Shown here piece after piece: positions 28,852-37,837 of a stretch of DNA of 64,000 bases. Below the pieces are notes generated by a model. That model did not search any database. It worked only from the letters and a program-made list of their open reading frames with translations, and had not been told where the DNA came from. The position numbers were made by a program, and so were the translations under genes. Source of the stretch: an uncultured Christensenellaceae bacterium (GTDB lineage: Bacteria; Bacillota; Clostridia; Christensenellales; UBA3700); the NCBI GenBank assembly GCA_910588015.1, contig CAJUOK010000005.1:45610-109609 (forward strand), given 5' to 3'. Every line of letters starts with the position of its first letter. Position 1 is the first letter of the stretch.

Positions 28852-29871
28852 TTAGTTGTCCCCATACATTTTTTTATAATAATTTTGATATTCTCCCGAA
28901 ATTATCGTTTCCCACCAATTGCGGTTTTCAAGATACCACTTAATTGTTTTCTTTATGCCGTCTTCAAACTTGGTTTCGGGCAGCCAACCAAGCTCATTGT
29001 GAATTTTAGTAGGGTCTATAGCATAGCGTAAGTCGTGTCCTTTTCTGTCTGCCACGTAAGTTATAAGGCTTTCGGGTTTTCCCAGCTCTTTGCAAATAAG
29101 CTTAACGATATCGATATTTTTCATTTCGTTATGTCCGCCGACATTATAGACCTCTCCTACTTTACCTTTGTGTATAATTAAATCTATCGCTTTACAATGG
29201 TCTTCAACATATAACCAATCTCTCACGTTCTCGCCTTTTCCGTAAACAGGCAACGGCTTATTATTCAAAGCGTTGGCTATCATTAACGGAATCAATTTTT
29301 CGGGAAAATGATAAGGTCCATAGTTGTTGGAACAACGACTGATTGTCACCGGCAAGCCGTACGTTCTGTGATATGCCAATACAAGCAAATCTGCCGAAGC
29401 TTTGCTTGAAGAATAAGGACTGCTTGTATGAATCGGCGTTGTTTCGGTAAAGAACAAGTCCGGACGGTCAAGCGGCAAATCTCCGTATACTTCGTCTGTA
29501 GATACTTGGTGATACCTTTTAATGCCGTATTTTCTACACGCGTCCATAAGCACCGCAGTTCCCATTATATTTGTTTGCAAAAATATCCCCGGGTCTTCTA
29601 TGCTTCTGTCCACGTGACTTTCCGCCGCAAAATTAACAATGATATCGGGTTTTTCCTCTTCAAACAGTTTGTTCACAGCCGCGCGGTCGCATATATCGGC
29701 TTTAACAAATCTAAAATTAGGCTTGTCCAATACGCTCTCAAGCGTAGACAAATTGCCCGCGTAAGTAAGCTTATCCAAACACACGATTTTATAATCAGGA
29801 TATTTATTAAGCATATGAAATACAAAATTGCTTCCTATAAATCCGGCTCCGCCCGTAACTATAATTACCAT
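28852..29871 (-). CDS. rfbB: dTDP-glucose 4,6-dehydratase
   Basis: [10 protein letters not shown] Rossmann motif and YSSSKASAD (YxxxK), 339 aa. Confidence 0.9.
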   Translation of the reverse strand: MVIIVTGGAGFIGSNFVFHMLNKYPDYKIVCLDKLTYAGNLSTLESVLDKPNFRFVKADICDRAAVNKLFEEEKPDIIVNFAAESHVDRSIEDPGIFLQTNIMGTAVLMDACRKYGIKRYHQVSTDEVYGDLPLDRPDLFFTETTPIHTSSPYSSSKASADLLVLAYHRTYGLPVTISRCSNNYGPYHFPEKLIPLMIANALNNKPLPVYGKGENVRDWLYVEDHCKAIDLIIHKGKVGEVYNVGGHNEMKNIDIVKLICKELGKPESLITYVADRKGHDLRYAIDPTKIHNELGWLPETKFEDGIKKTIKWYLENRNWWETIISGEYQNYYKKMYGDN

Positions 29872-29913
29872 AAATTGTCTCCTTTGATTTCGATTATATA
29901 TTTTTAAATTTTA

Positions 29914-30771
29914 TCATTTGACCTGAGATAAGAATTCATATTTACTTATCATTTGCTTATAGAACTCATCTGCGTCTTTTCTCCCTTTGGATAGCGCTCT
30001 TATCTTTTGGAGTTTGTTTTTCTCATACAGTAATATTTTAATCTTTCTTCTGAACAGATATCCTGCTTTTATTGAAAAACGCTTTTTATATATTCTAGTG
30101 CAGAAAACGGAATTTCGAGCTATATAGTAACATCTGAACGGAGAATAATTAGTTATCATAACGCTCTTCCATAAAAAATTCCGTATGGTCGAATCGCCGA
30201 ATTTATGTATTAGCGGTACCGTACTCTGCATAATTTTGTAACCGTTTGCTATAACTCTGAAACATATTTCGTAATCTACCCAATCAATAAACATTTCGGG
30301 CATATACCCGCCGATTTGCTTCAACTTTGCGACGTCTGCCAATGCGCCTGAAGTTATAACTTCTTTTACGTAACGCTTACCCCCCCGCAGCATATTATCT
30401 TGTATTGCCATAACTGGTTGAGCGGCCACGATTGCCAATTTATCGTCTGTTTGGAATAGATTTAACAACGACTTAATCATATCTTCGGAAGCAATCGAAT
30501 CTTGGTCCAACGTAAATATATATGCGTAGTTATTTTCAATTGCATAATTGAGACCGTCCGATAGCGGACCTGCAACTCCGTAATTTTTGTCGTTTAATAT
30601 TATTTCAACGCCTTTCGCTTCACATAAAGAAACTATTTTATCTCTATTTTCAGACGCATTTTCATATACAAGCAATTTGTCAACCTGATTAACTATGGCG
30701 TCTATATTCTGTTCCAACAAATCCAATTCCGGGTTATAGGTTGTTATTGTAGCTAAAACTTTGTCATTCAT
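29914..30771 (-). CDS. GT2-family glycosyltransferase, rhamnosyltransferase-like (copy B)
   Basis: 285 aa. The first 91 aa are identical to 30905-31768, then about 70% identity. TITTYNP...ENASEN...TLDQD blocks. Confidence 0.8.
   Translation of the reverse strand: MNDKVLATITTYNPELDLLEQNIDAIVNQVDKLLVYENASENRDKIVSLCEAKGVEIILNDKNYGVAGPLSDGLNYAIENNYAYIFTLDQDSIASEDMIKSLLNLFQTDDKLAIVAAQPVMAIQDNMLRGGKRYVKEVITSGALADVAKLKQIGGYMPEMFIDWVDYEICFRVIANGYKIMQSTVPLIHKFGDSTIRNFLWKSVMITNYSPFRCYYIARNSVFCTRIYKKRFSIKAGYLFRRKIKILLYEKNKLQKIRALSKGRKDADEFYKQMISKYEFLSQVK
30380..30386 (-). repeat. G7 (C7 on the plus strand) homopolymer inside GT2 copy B
   Basis: The only G/C run of 7 or more that I found in the window. 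It encodes RGG in ...NMLRGGKRY... within an otherwise AT-rich gene. Confidence 0.9.
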
Positions 30772-30804
30772 TTAAATTAACTACCCTCCTTAAATGTTCG
30801 CCAT
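30499..30804. repeat. 306-bp perfect direct repeat, copy 1 (5' part of GT2-B plus a duplicated rfbA 3' end)
   Basis: Compared base by base with 31496-31801: identical, offset 997 bp. Confidence 0.95.
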
Positions 30805-30863
30805 TATGAAATACAAAATTGCTTCCTATAAAAACGACTCCTCCAGTAACTATAAATTTTCAT
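30805..30863 (-). pseudogene. Frameshifted 5' remnant of an rfbB-type dehydratase gene (duplication junction)
   Basis: 30805-30832 is identical to 29814-29841 (the rfbB 5' end). The rest is diverged with a 1-nt insertion. It abuts the duplicated rfbA 3' fragment at 30804/30805. Confidence 0.8.
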
Positions 30864-30904
30864 AAACCTTCTTCTTTTTATTAATAGGCAAATATAATAA
30901 ATCT

Positions 30905-31768
30905 TTACTTTCTTAACAAGAAATCATATTTTTTTACCATAAGTTTATAAAATTCTTTCGATTCTTTTTTTCCTTTAGATAAAGCCCTTAATTTTTCTCG
31001 TTTATTTTTTTCAAAGAAAATTATTTTTATCTTTGTTTTCAACAAATATTTCCGTCTTCTTGTAGATAACGGCTTTTTATATATTTTAGCGCAAAACGCA
31101 GAATTACGGGCGATATAATAGCATCTAAATGGAGAATAATTAGTTACAATACACCACTTCCACAAAAACTTGCGCCGCTGCGGGTCTCCGAATTTGTGTA
31201 TAATCGGAACAGTGCTCTGCATTATCCTATATCCGTTGGATATCGTTCTAAAGCATATTTCTGTATCTACCCAATCTATAAACATCTCCGGCATATATCC
31301 GCCTATATTCTTCATTTTTTCAACGTCCGCCAAAGCCCCTGACGTAATGACGTCATTGACGTAGTGATTCTCAAAATTTTCTTTTACCTCTACGCCGTTG
31401 ACCGTCATTACAGGCTGAGCCGCAATTATAGCCATTTTATCATCAGCCTTAATTAAATTCAACAAAGATTTTATAATTCCGTCGGAAGATACTGTATCTT
31501 GGTCCAACGTAAATATATATGCGTAGTTATTTTCAATTGCATAATTGAGACCGTCCGATAGCGGACCTGCAACTCCGTAATTTTTGTCGTTTAATATTAT
31601 TTCAACGCCTTTCGCTTCACATAAAGAAACTATTTTATCTCTATTTTCAGACGCATTTTCATATACAAGCAATTTGTCAACCTGATTAACTATGGCGTCT
31701 ATATTCTGTTCCAACAAATCCAATTCCGGGTTATAGGTTGTTATTGTAGCTAAAACTTTGTCATTCAT
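30905..31768 (-). CDS. GT2-family glycosyltransferase, rhamnosyltransferase-like (copy A)
   Basis: 287-aa paralog of 29914-30771. Its start overlaps the rfbA stop by 8 nt. Confidence 0.8.
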   Translation of the reverse strand: MNDKVLATITTYNPELDLLEQNIDAIVNQVDKLLVYENASENRDKIVSLCEAKGVEIILNDKNYGVAGPLSDGLNYAIENNYAYIFTLDQDTVSSDGIIKSLLNLIKADDKMAIIAAQPVMTVNGVEVKENFENHYVNDVITSGALADVEKMKNIGGYMPEMFIDWVDTEICFRTISNGYRIMQSTVPIIHKFGDPQRRKFLWKWCIVTNYSPFRCYYIARNSAFCAKIYKKPLSTRRRKYLLKTKIKIIFFEKNKREKLRALSKGKKESKEFYKLMVKKYDFLLRK

Positions 31769-31801
31769 TTAAATTAACTACCCTCCTTAAATGTTCGCCA
31801 T
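31496..31801. repeat. 306-bp perfect direct repeat, copy 2
   Basis: Identical to 30499-30804. Confidence 0.95.
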
Positions 31802-32639
31802 AAGGAGATTTTCCGTAACTTTCCGCGATTTTGCCAAGTTGTATTACGTCTATCCATTTGTTGTAAAAAGCTATCTCCTCCGGAGCGGAAATAGTAACGT
31901 CTTGACGTTGTGAAAGCACCCTAACAAATTCTGCCGCTTCAAATAGACTATCCATAGTACCAGTGTCAAGCCAAGCAAAGCCGCGGTCTAAAATTTGCAC
32001 TGTTAAATCGCCTTCGTCCAAATACAAACGGTTGAGGTCTGTAATCTCAAGCTCTCCTCGCTTGGACGGCTTAATGGTTTTGGCAAATTCAACCGCGCGT
32101 TTGTCATAAAAATACAGCCCTGTTATGCAATAATTGGATTTTGGATTTTGAGGTTTTTCTTCAACTGACAGCACGTTGCCGTTTTTATCAAACTCCACGA
32201 TACCAAAGCGCTCGGGGTCTTTTACCCCGTAGCCGAAGATTGTCGCCTTGCCATTCTCCGCGTTGAGTCTTGCTTCCATCAAATTCTTGTGAAAGCCGTG
32301 CCCATAAAAAATATTGTCTCCGAGAACCATTGCGCAAGGTTCTTCACCAATAAAATCAGCTCCCAAAATAAATGCTTGCGCAAGACCGTCTGGGGAGGGT
32401 TGAACACAGTAACTGAGTTTGATTCCAAATTGACTTCCGTCGCCCAAAAGCCTTTTGAAATTTGGCAAATCGGTTGGGGTAGAAATGATTAATATATCTT
32501 TTATTTCTGCCTGCATAAGAGTAGACAGTGGATAAAATATCATAGGTTTGTCATAAACAGGCAAAAGTTGTTTGCTTGTCACTTTAGTCAAAGGATACAA
32601 CCGTGTACCTGAACCGCCTGCAAGTATTATACCTTTCAT
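31761..32639 (-). CDS. rfbA: Glucose-1-phosphate thymidylyltransferase
   Basis: [19 protein letters not shown]-terminus, 292 aa. Confidence 0.92.
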   Translation of the reverse strand: MKGIILAGGSGTRLYPLTKVTSKQLLPVYDKPMIFYPLSTLMQAEIKDILIISTPTDLPNFKRLLGDGSQFGIKLSYCVQPSPDGLAQAFILGADFIGEEPCAMVLGDNIFYGHGFHKNLMEARLNAENGKATIFGYGVKDPERFGIVEFDKNGNVLSVEEKPQNPKSNYCITGLYFYDKRAVEFAKTIKPSKRGELEITDLNRLYLDEGDLTVQILDRGFAWLDTGTMDSLFEAAEFVRVLSQRQDVTISAPEEIAFYNKWIDVIQLGKIAESYGKSPYGEHLRRVVNLNE

Positions 32640-32685
32640 AAGTATTCTCCTTATCTTTAATTATTGTAAAAAATCAATTTTATAG

Positions 32686-33609
32686 TTATAGTTTCTTTAA
32701 TCTTATTACCCAACGAAAAAGATAATCTGCGCTTTTTCCTTTAGAAAACGCTTTATCACGCATCAAAATCTTACGCGCTTTTTTATCCGTCTTATAGTAA
32801 CCTACTGCATATAATAACCTTTTTTGCTCTTCGTCAAGTCTATCGCCGTAAACATTCAACAGCATTCTGCATCTTTCGCTACGGATAGAATCACTCGAAC
32901 CCAAAAAGCGTTTTACGCGTTTTATAAAACTTTTAACTTTACCTATCGACTGCTCGCCAACGACGTTATTTTGATGTTGGCGGTAAAACATAGTAGGATT
33001 TTCATCGTAAATCAATTCCCCAAACATTGCCGTCAACAAATCCGCTATTCTGTCGTGCATTATTACAAGATTACTATCCATATCATATTTTATAAATTCG
33101 TTTCTTGCAATATCATTAAACACTTGCGTACAACCGTTGGATACGTTGTAAACCAAAATATGCGCAAGGTCGGTGTACATTTTTTCCGTATTCATAACGC
33201 CTATTTGATTCAATTCGGCGTCCGTCACCATAACGTTGCTTGTATACAATAGCGGAACGTCTTGATTTGACCGCGACTGTAAAGTCGTCAAAGCGCGCTC
33301 TAATTTATCTTGATACCAAACGTCGTCTTGGTCGCAAAACGCATAATAATCCGACGCTTCGCAATTTTTCAATAAATGCCAAAAGCTTTTTGCCGGCTTC
33401 AAATTCTCTCCCGTATAATAAGTTACTACATTATCGTATTTTGTTGCATATTCGTCAAGAATAGCAAGCGTCGAATCTTTGGAACCGTCATCTCGCACTT
33501 TAATTTTAAGTTCTGTATCGGTAGGCAATTTTTGAGCAAGTATGCTGTCGAGTTGCTCGCGTAAAAATTTTTCGCCGTTATACGTGGACATCAATACCGT
33601 TAAGCGCAT
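32686..33609 (-). CDS. GT2-family glycosyltransferase
   Basis: LTVLMSTYNGEKFLREQLDSILAQ...RDDGSKD...CDQDD (DxD). Confidence 0.85.
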   Translation of the reverse strand: MRLTVLMSTYNGEKFLREQLDSILAQKLPTDTELKIKVRDDGSKDSTLAILDEYATKYDNVVTYYTGENLKPAKSFWHLLKNCEASDYYAFCDQDDVWYQDKLERALTTLQSRSNQDVPLLYTSNVMVTDAELNQIGVMNTEKMYTDLAHILVYNVSNGCTQVFNDIARNEFIKYDMDSNLVIMHDRIADLLTAMFGELIYDENPTMFYRQHQNNVVGEQSIGKVKSFIKRVKRFLGSSDSIRSERCRMLLNVYGDRLDEEQKRLLYAVGYYKTDKKARKILMRDKAFSKGKSADYLFRWVIRLKKL

Positions 33610-34823
33610 TTTATCTCCTTTTTATGCTGTTCTTTATGAAACGATAGCATTTTCTTCACAGCAAAACTTATAAACAAACAAATCAAAATTACAATAAAGT
33701 ACTGTCCAATTTCTCCAAGATTTATATGTGTATAAATCAAATTATACTCCATTACGGAACCTATAATCTTCTTGGCTTCATAACGTAACAAATCCGTACC
33801 AAGCCAACCGCCGACCAAAAGGAGCAGAGCCGCCAACGTCACGTCGTTAGCCTCCGTACTCTTCTTTAAATTCTCATATAACAATGTCAATCCAATCGTA
33901 TCCAAAACGAGTATATTTCTGAAAATACGATTGAAATTATTGTTGATAAAACAAAAAGGTAAAAATAATCCAACAATAATTTCAATTTTTAATATTAAAT
34001 TGATTTTAGCTTTTGAGGTTTCATTCGTTATTTTATTGTTATACCAATATAACGGTATCAATCCAAGCATATGCAATGCCATAACTGCCCAAAATCCGTA
34101 ACTAATAGTGCCGTCAAAATATCCCGAGCCGCGCTTCAAAAATTTAACTATCGCGTCGATAATCTGCGGCAGTATCGGTTGAATAAGTAAACATATCACA
34201 AACAAACTTGCTGCAAGCAAAAAAATTCTTTGATAGCCAATTTTTGTTTTTACGATTTTTATCAATAATAAACTTAAAAATAACCAAGAAAGAACGTGTA
34301 TGCTCCCCGCAATAGAAATGCAAATTATGTATTTAATAATCGATAATTTCGATTTGTCTAATAAATATCTAGTTGCAAACAATATGATAAATTGAATAAT
34401 GCAATTTCTTAATTGAATTGTGTCAAAAAAGAAAATATAGGACATATATAAACCAATTATAATATTGGGATTAACTTTATAATATTTTATAGACGAAGTA
34501 AAAAGAATCAAGCATACAAAGGTTAGAATAATTCTAAAAGCATAAAAATTCAATCCCATTTTACTTGCGCAAAACATCAAAAACGTATAGCCTTTTTCCA
34601 TATATGTCGCAGCAAACGCGCTTTTCAAATTAGATGAATTCCCGACTAATTCATAAGTTAGTCTGTATACTTCAATATCAGGTCCGAAATAATTAAACGT
34701 CATTAATATAAAAACAACAACTAAAGCAACGGCATATAGCGCATTGCTTTTCCTTTTACGAATACCCCAAACAATATTAAGGGCGCATATTAAATAAAAT
34801 ATTAGATATGCAATTGTTGTCAT
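33600..34823 (-). CDS. Polytopic membrane protein, EpsG/Wzy-like polysaccharide polymerase candidate
   Basis: 407-aa, very AT-rich ORF with about 10-11 TM helices and no soluble domain. Located in a Wzx-dependent locus that otherwise lacks a polymerase. Confidence 0.55.
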   Translation of the reverse strand: MTTIAYLIFYLICALNIVWGIRKRKSNALYAVALVVVFILMTFNYFGPDIEVYRLTYELVGNSSNLKSAFAATYMEKGYTFLMFCASKMGLNFYAFRIILTFVCLILFTSSIKYYKVNPNIIIGLYMSYIFFFDTIQLRNCIIQFIILFATRYLLDKSKLSIIKYIICISIAGSIHVLSWLFLSLLLIKIVKTKIGYQRIFLLAASLFVICLLIQPILPQIIDAIVKFLKRGSGYFDGTISYGFWAVMALHMLGLIPLYWYNNKITNETSKAKINLILKIEIIVGLFLPFCFINNNFNRIFRNILVLDTIGLTLLYENLKKSTEANDVTLAALLLLVGGWLGTDLLRYEAKKIIGSVMEYNLIYTHINLGEIGQYFIVILICLFISFAVKKMLSFHKEQHKKEIKCA

Positions 34824-34842
34824 ACAGTCTTTGTGTATATAT

Positions 34843-35244
34843 TTATTCCTTTAATTGTGCTTTTATATTTGACGAACAAATATTAGGAGTTCTACTCAAC
34901 GTTTGGACTTTTTTCCCATTCTCAACACACCAATTCGCCGCGTCAACAAATCCCTTATGCAATTGGTCTCCGCCTCTGGCAAAAATATCGAAATCTATAT
35001 TCTTGATATCGTCGGCTATCTGAGCGTAAGGCACAACTTCGTCGACATAACGAATTGCCTTAATGATTTCCATTCTTTGTTCCAATGAATATAAAAGAGT
35101 TGCATCAGGCTTGTTTTTGTGTATTTCCTCATCCCTCTGCACCGCTACAATAAGATAATCGCCGCAATCTTTAGCTCTTTCCAACAACTTCAAATGTCCG
35201 TAATGGAAATAATCAAAAACTCCTACTGTCAAAACTTTTTTCAT
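34843..35244 (-). CDS. tagD: Glycerol-3-phosphate cytidylyltransferase-like (TagD family)
   Basis: 133 aa with the cytidylyltransferase HxGH motif: GVFDYFHYGHLKLLERAK. Confidence 0.8.
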   Translation of the reverse strand: MKKVLTVGVFDYFHYGHLKLLERAKDCGDYLIVAVQRDEEIHKNKPDATLLYSLEQRMEIIKAIRYVDEVVPYAQIADDIKNIDFDIFARGGDQLHKGFVDAANWCVENGKKVQTLSRTPNICSSNIKAQLKE

Positions 35245-35948
35245 TTTGCGTTTCCTTTATAATTTTCCGATTTTGCATCAGGACAGTCGGAGCATTTTTT
35301 ATTTGCTCTCTTATTCTTGAATTCCATATACATTCTCATAAAATCCAAATCGTGATGGTAAGTCAATTTATAGTTATCGGGAAAATCAAAATATTTATAA
35401 AGACTCGTTCCTTTCGGCAACTGCTGATATGCTTCCACGAGAGGACTGTAGGGGTCAAAATATTTTTGAATCAAATCGAATTTGAAAGCTTCGGGAGATT
35501 GCAATATATAATATCTGCTCCTATCGCATTCCAAAAAGTCAAGACAGCCCAAAGAGTCTACTATTCTCTGACAAGTCGCAACCGTATCGTATTCGTCTAA
35601 TTTTTCCATATAAATCGAAATTAGTTGAGACGTAACAAACGGACGCATAGCGTCAAACACCATAAGCTTGTCACAATCATATCGCGATTTTATATACTCG
35701 ATTCCGTTCTTGAAAGAAATGTTTCTTTCCGCTCCGCCAATGCATACGTCAACGTCATATCTTTCCTTAAACCAATCGACGTACTCTTCTGCGCAAACAA
35801 CTACCGTCCTATCAATTGATTCGCATTGAGTCGTAACGTCAACCACATATTCGACAACAGGTTTTCCTAAAAGATTTTGGTATTGTTTTGGCGTTTCCGC
35901 GCCGAATCTCTTTCCTACGCCGCCCGATAAAATCATTGCTATGTTCAC
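35241..35948 (-). CDS. IspD/TarI-family cytidylyltransferase (polyol-phosphate or sugar-phosphate)
   Basis: N-terminal ILSGGVGKRFG...PKQY is typical of the IspD/TarI family. 235 aa. Confidence 0.7.
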   Translation of the reverse strand: MNIAMILSGGVGKRFGAETPKQYQNLLGKPVVEYVVDVTTQCESIDRTVVVCAEEYVDWFKERYDVDVCIGGAERNISFKNGIEYIKSRYDCDKLMVFDAMRPFVTSQLISIYMEKLDEYDTVATCQRIVDSLGCLDFLECDRSRYYILQSPEAFKFDLIQKYFDPYSPLVEAYQQLPKGTSLYKYFDFPDNYKLTYHHDLDFMRMYMEFKNKRANKKCSDCPDAKSENYKGNAK

Positions 35949-36784
35949 TGTTCTTTATCCTCGCTTCCCGATTTATCGTACAATTCATATCCGTGCGTAA
36001 GAACCCTTTTTTCTTCAGGAGGCAATTGCATATAGTCTCCGTAATACTGCTTAAGAAATTTATCCCAATTTTTTGGCGCTTTTAATTTTAGATTTTCGAA
36101 ATCCATCATTTCATAATCCTCAAACATTTCTTTTTTAAGCATTATACGTTTATCGCCTATCTCGTCTATAAACTCGCCGACATATTCGCTCTCTTCATAT
36201 GGCAATGACATTACAATAGCTCTCAACTTTTTATGAATTTTTTTAGCTCCGTACATTTTTGCTATAACTCTTAAACACGCTATTGCAAAATTTTTGGCAA
36301 AAGACCGATTCTTTCTCCAAGGCTTCACCAACAAAGACAGATTAAGCGTTATCCACTTATTGCATTTTTTCATATGCTTTTTTGCCTGCTCAACGCTATT
36401 TCCCAATCCGTCAACGGGGAATATGTCAACAAACAACCCCATCTCAACTCCGGCATAACCGCCCGATTCTATAAGCACGGTTTGCGTATCTATCAGTTTG
36501 GCAAACGGATAAAGGTAGTTATTATCGAGTTCGTGCGATAAAAGCTTATATCTTCCTGAATTTCCTTGCGCTCTGAATATTTCAATTAGTTTATCGTATT
36601 CAGGTCTAGATAAATACATATCAATATCGTCATCCCAAGGAATATAGCCTTTATGTCTAACTGCGCCAAGCAAAGTGCCGCCTGACATAAATAACGTCAA
36701 GCCGTTTTCTTGACAAATCTTATCTAAATATTCGGCTATCGACAAAAGCCTGCTTTTCATTTCTTCTATATGAATTTCTCGCAT
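35945..36784 (-). CDS. LicD-family phosphotransferase
   Basis: GGTLLGAVRHKGYIPWDDDIDM block (LicD DxD). Confidence 0.85.
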   Translation of the reverse strand: MREIHIEEMKSRLLSIAEYLDKICQENGLTLFMSGGTLLGAVRHKGYIPWDDDIDMYLSRPEYDKLIEIFRAQGNSGRYKLLSHELDNNYLYPFAKLIDTQTVLIESGGYAGVEMGLFVDIFPVDGLGNSVEQAKKHMKKCNKWITLNLSLLVKPWRKNRSFAKNFAIACLRVIAKMYGAKKIHKKLRAIVMSLPYEESEYVGEFIDEIGDKRIMLKKEMFEDYEMMDFENLKLKAPKNWDKFLKQYYGDYMQLPPEEKRVLTHGYELYDKSGSEDKEQ

Positions 36785-36944
36785 AATTCCTCTCTTTCAT
36801 TTTTTACAATAACTTGAAAAACTAATTTCCTCAGATTTAGGAATTATGTTCACGTTATAACGTGTAAAATGGGTTTTCAATTATTGACTGAAATATGACT
36901 TTCCTGTATTCCGCGCAACTTATAATAAAAGTCCGTTTTATGCT

Positions 36945-37505
36945 CTATACTTTTTTTATTATTTCTAGCGCGACGTCGGCAAATACCGCTTTGCCGAACA
37001 TCTCAAATTCCACTTTAGCGCAGTGGTTGTGTCTATTAATATATTTTATATCGCATTCGTGACCTATCAACGGTCCGTTTTCGATAATTATTTTATCGCC
37101 TGCGATAAATCCTTTAGAATGCTCAAGACAACGCTTGCCTTTGAATAAATACTCAAATCTTCTGCGTTCTTCTAACTTAACGGCTATATCGCCTAATTCA
37201 CCGTAACTCAACAATCTTATTATGTCTGTCGAACTATATATAAATTGACTGAAGAATTTTAGAAATTCAGTCGATTCCATATCTGTTTCGACAAAAACGT
37301 AACCCGGAAATAACGGACGTTTACGATACTGACTTCCCATCTCTCTCAATTTTTTATTTCTGTAATAATATTCAGATTCGGGAATAAACAATTCGACGTT
37401 GTAATCTAATTTATTTGCTTTTACAAAATCCGTAACGTCCCTTATTACTCGCCTTTCCGAATTCGTGCGAACAAACAGAACGTACCACCAATACGGCTCT
37501 TCCAT
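36945..37505 (-). CDS. NusG-paralog transcription antiterminator (LoaP/UpxY-like)
   Basis: NGN-domain blocks WYVLFVRTNSERRV and LFPGYVFVE, plus a KOW-like GDKIIIENGPLIGHECDIKYI. Stand-alone gene with long flanking non-coding regions inside the polysaccharide locus. Confidence 0.75.
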   Translation of the reverse strand: MEEPYWWYVLFVRTNSERRVIRDVTDFVKANKLDYNVELFIPESEYYYRNKKLREMGSQYRKRPLFPGYVFVETDMESTEFLKFFSQFIYSSTDIIRLLSYGELGDIAVKLEERRRFEYLFKGKRCLEHSKGFIAGDKIIIENGPLIGHECDIKYINRHNHCAKVEFEMFGKAVFADVALEIIKKV

Positions 37506-37710
37506 TTTGCATTATACTCCTTATAATATGCGCAAACAAAAAGGTATCCCTTGTCTCGCATAAAAACGCGTTACCGTCCTTTAAAATATTTCCACTTTCA
37601 CGCTTGCCGAGACAAATTCCTACGAGCAATAGTTACGGTTTCTTAATATACGCAACTCCTAAAAATGCTACATATTTTTAACATAATAATAGTTGCCGTT
37701 AGTCACTTAC

Positions 37711-37739
37711 AATATAACAAAATAACGCGTTAAAAGCAA
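37711..37739 (-). promoter_or_regulatory. Putative promoter of the NusG paralog (TTGCTT-17 nt-TATATT, minus strand)
   Basis: Minus-strand hexamers at 37739-37734 and 37716-37711. The palindrome AACGCGTT (37724-37731) lies in the spacer. It would give a ~200-nt leader. Confidence 0.4.
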
Positions 37740-37837
37740 GTGTTTCCATAAACATATTTGAAAGTCGGAAAACAGCTTGATTTTGCATTTCTACGTCAAA
37801 TTATTACGCTGTTATTTCATTCATAGCAGGTCGATTG

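Noticed and set aside
36850-36870. Perfect 14-nt palindrome CACGTTATAACGTG between the NusG paralog and LicD, considered as a terminator.
   Set aside because: It has no loop and no flanking U-run, so it cannot be a canonical intrinsic terminator. It is mentioned only as a possible protein-binding site within the NusG-paralog finding.
37411-37629. 72-aa ORF overlapping the start of the NusG paralog. Its internal ATG sits 4 nt after the AAGGAG that also precedes the NusG start.
   Set aside because: It is out of frame with a well-supported NGN domain, has no recognisable product and most of it lies in the leader. It is most likely spurious, though the tight SD spacing is noted.
37565-37731. Two copies of the palindrome AACGCGTT, about 160 bp apart and flanking the putative NusG-paralog promoter. 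Considered as the inverted repeats of an invertible (phase-variable) promoter.
   Set aside because: The repeat core is only 8-9 nt and self-palindromic. No site-specific recombinase or invertase gene is in the window. One copy lies inside rather than outside the promoter spacer.
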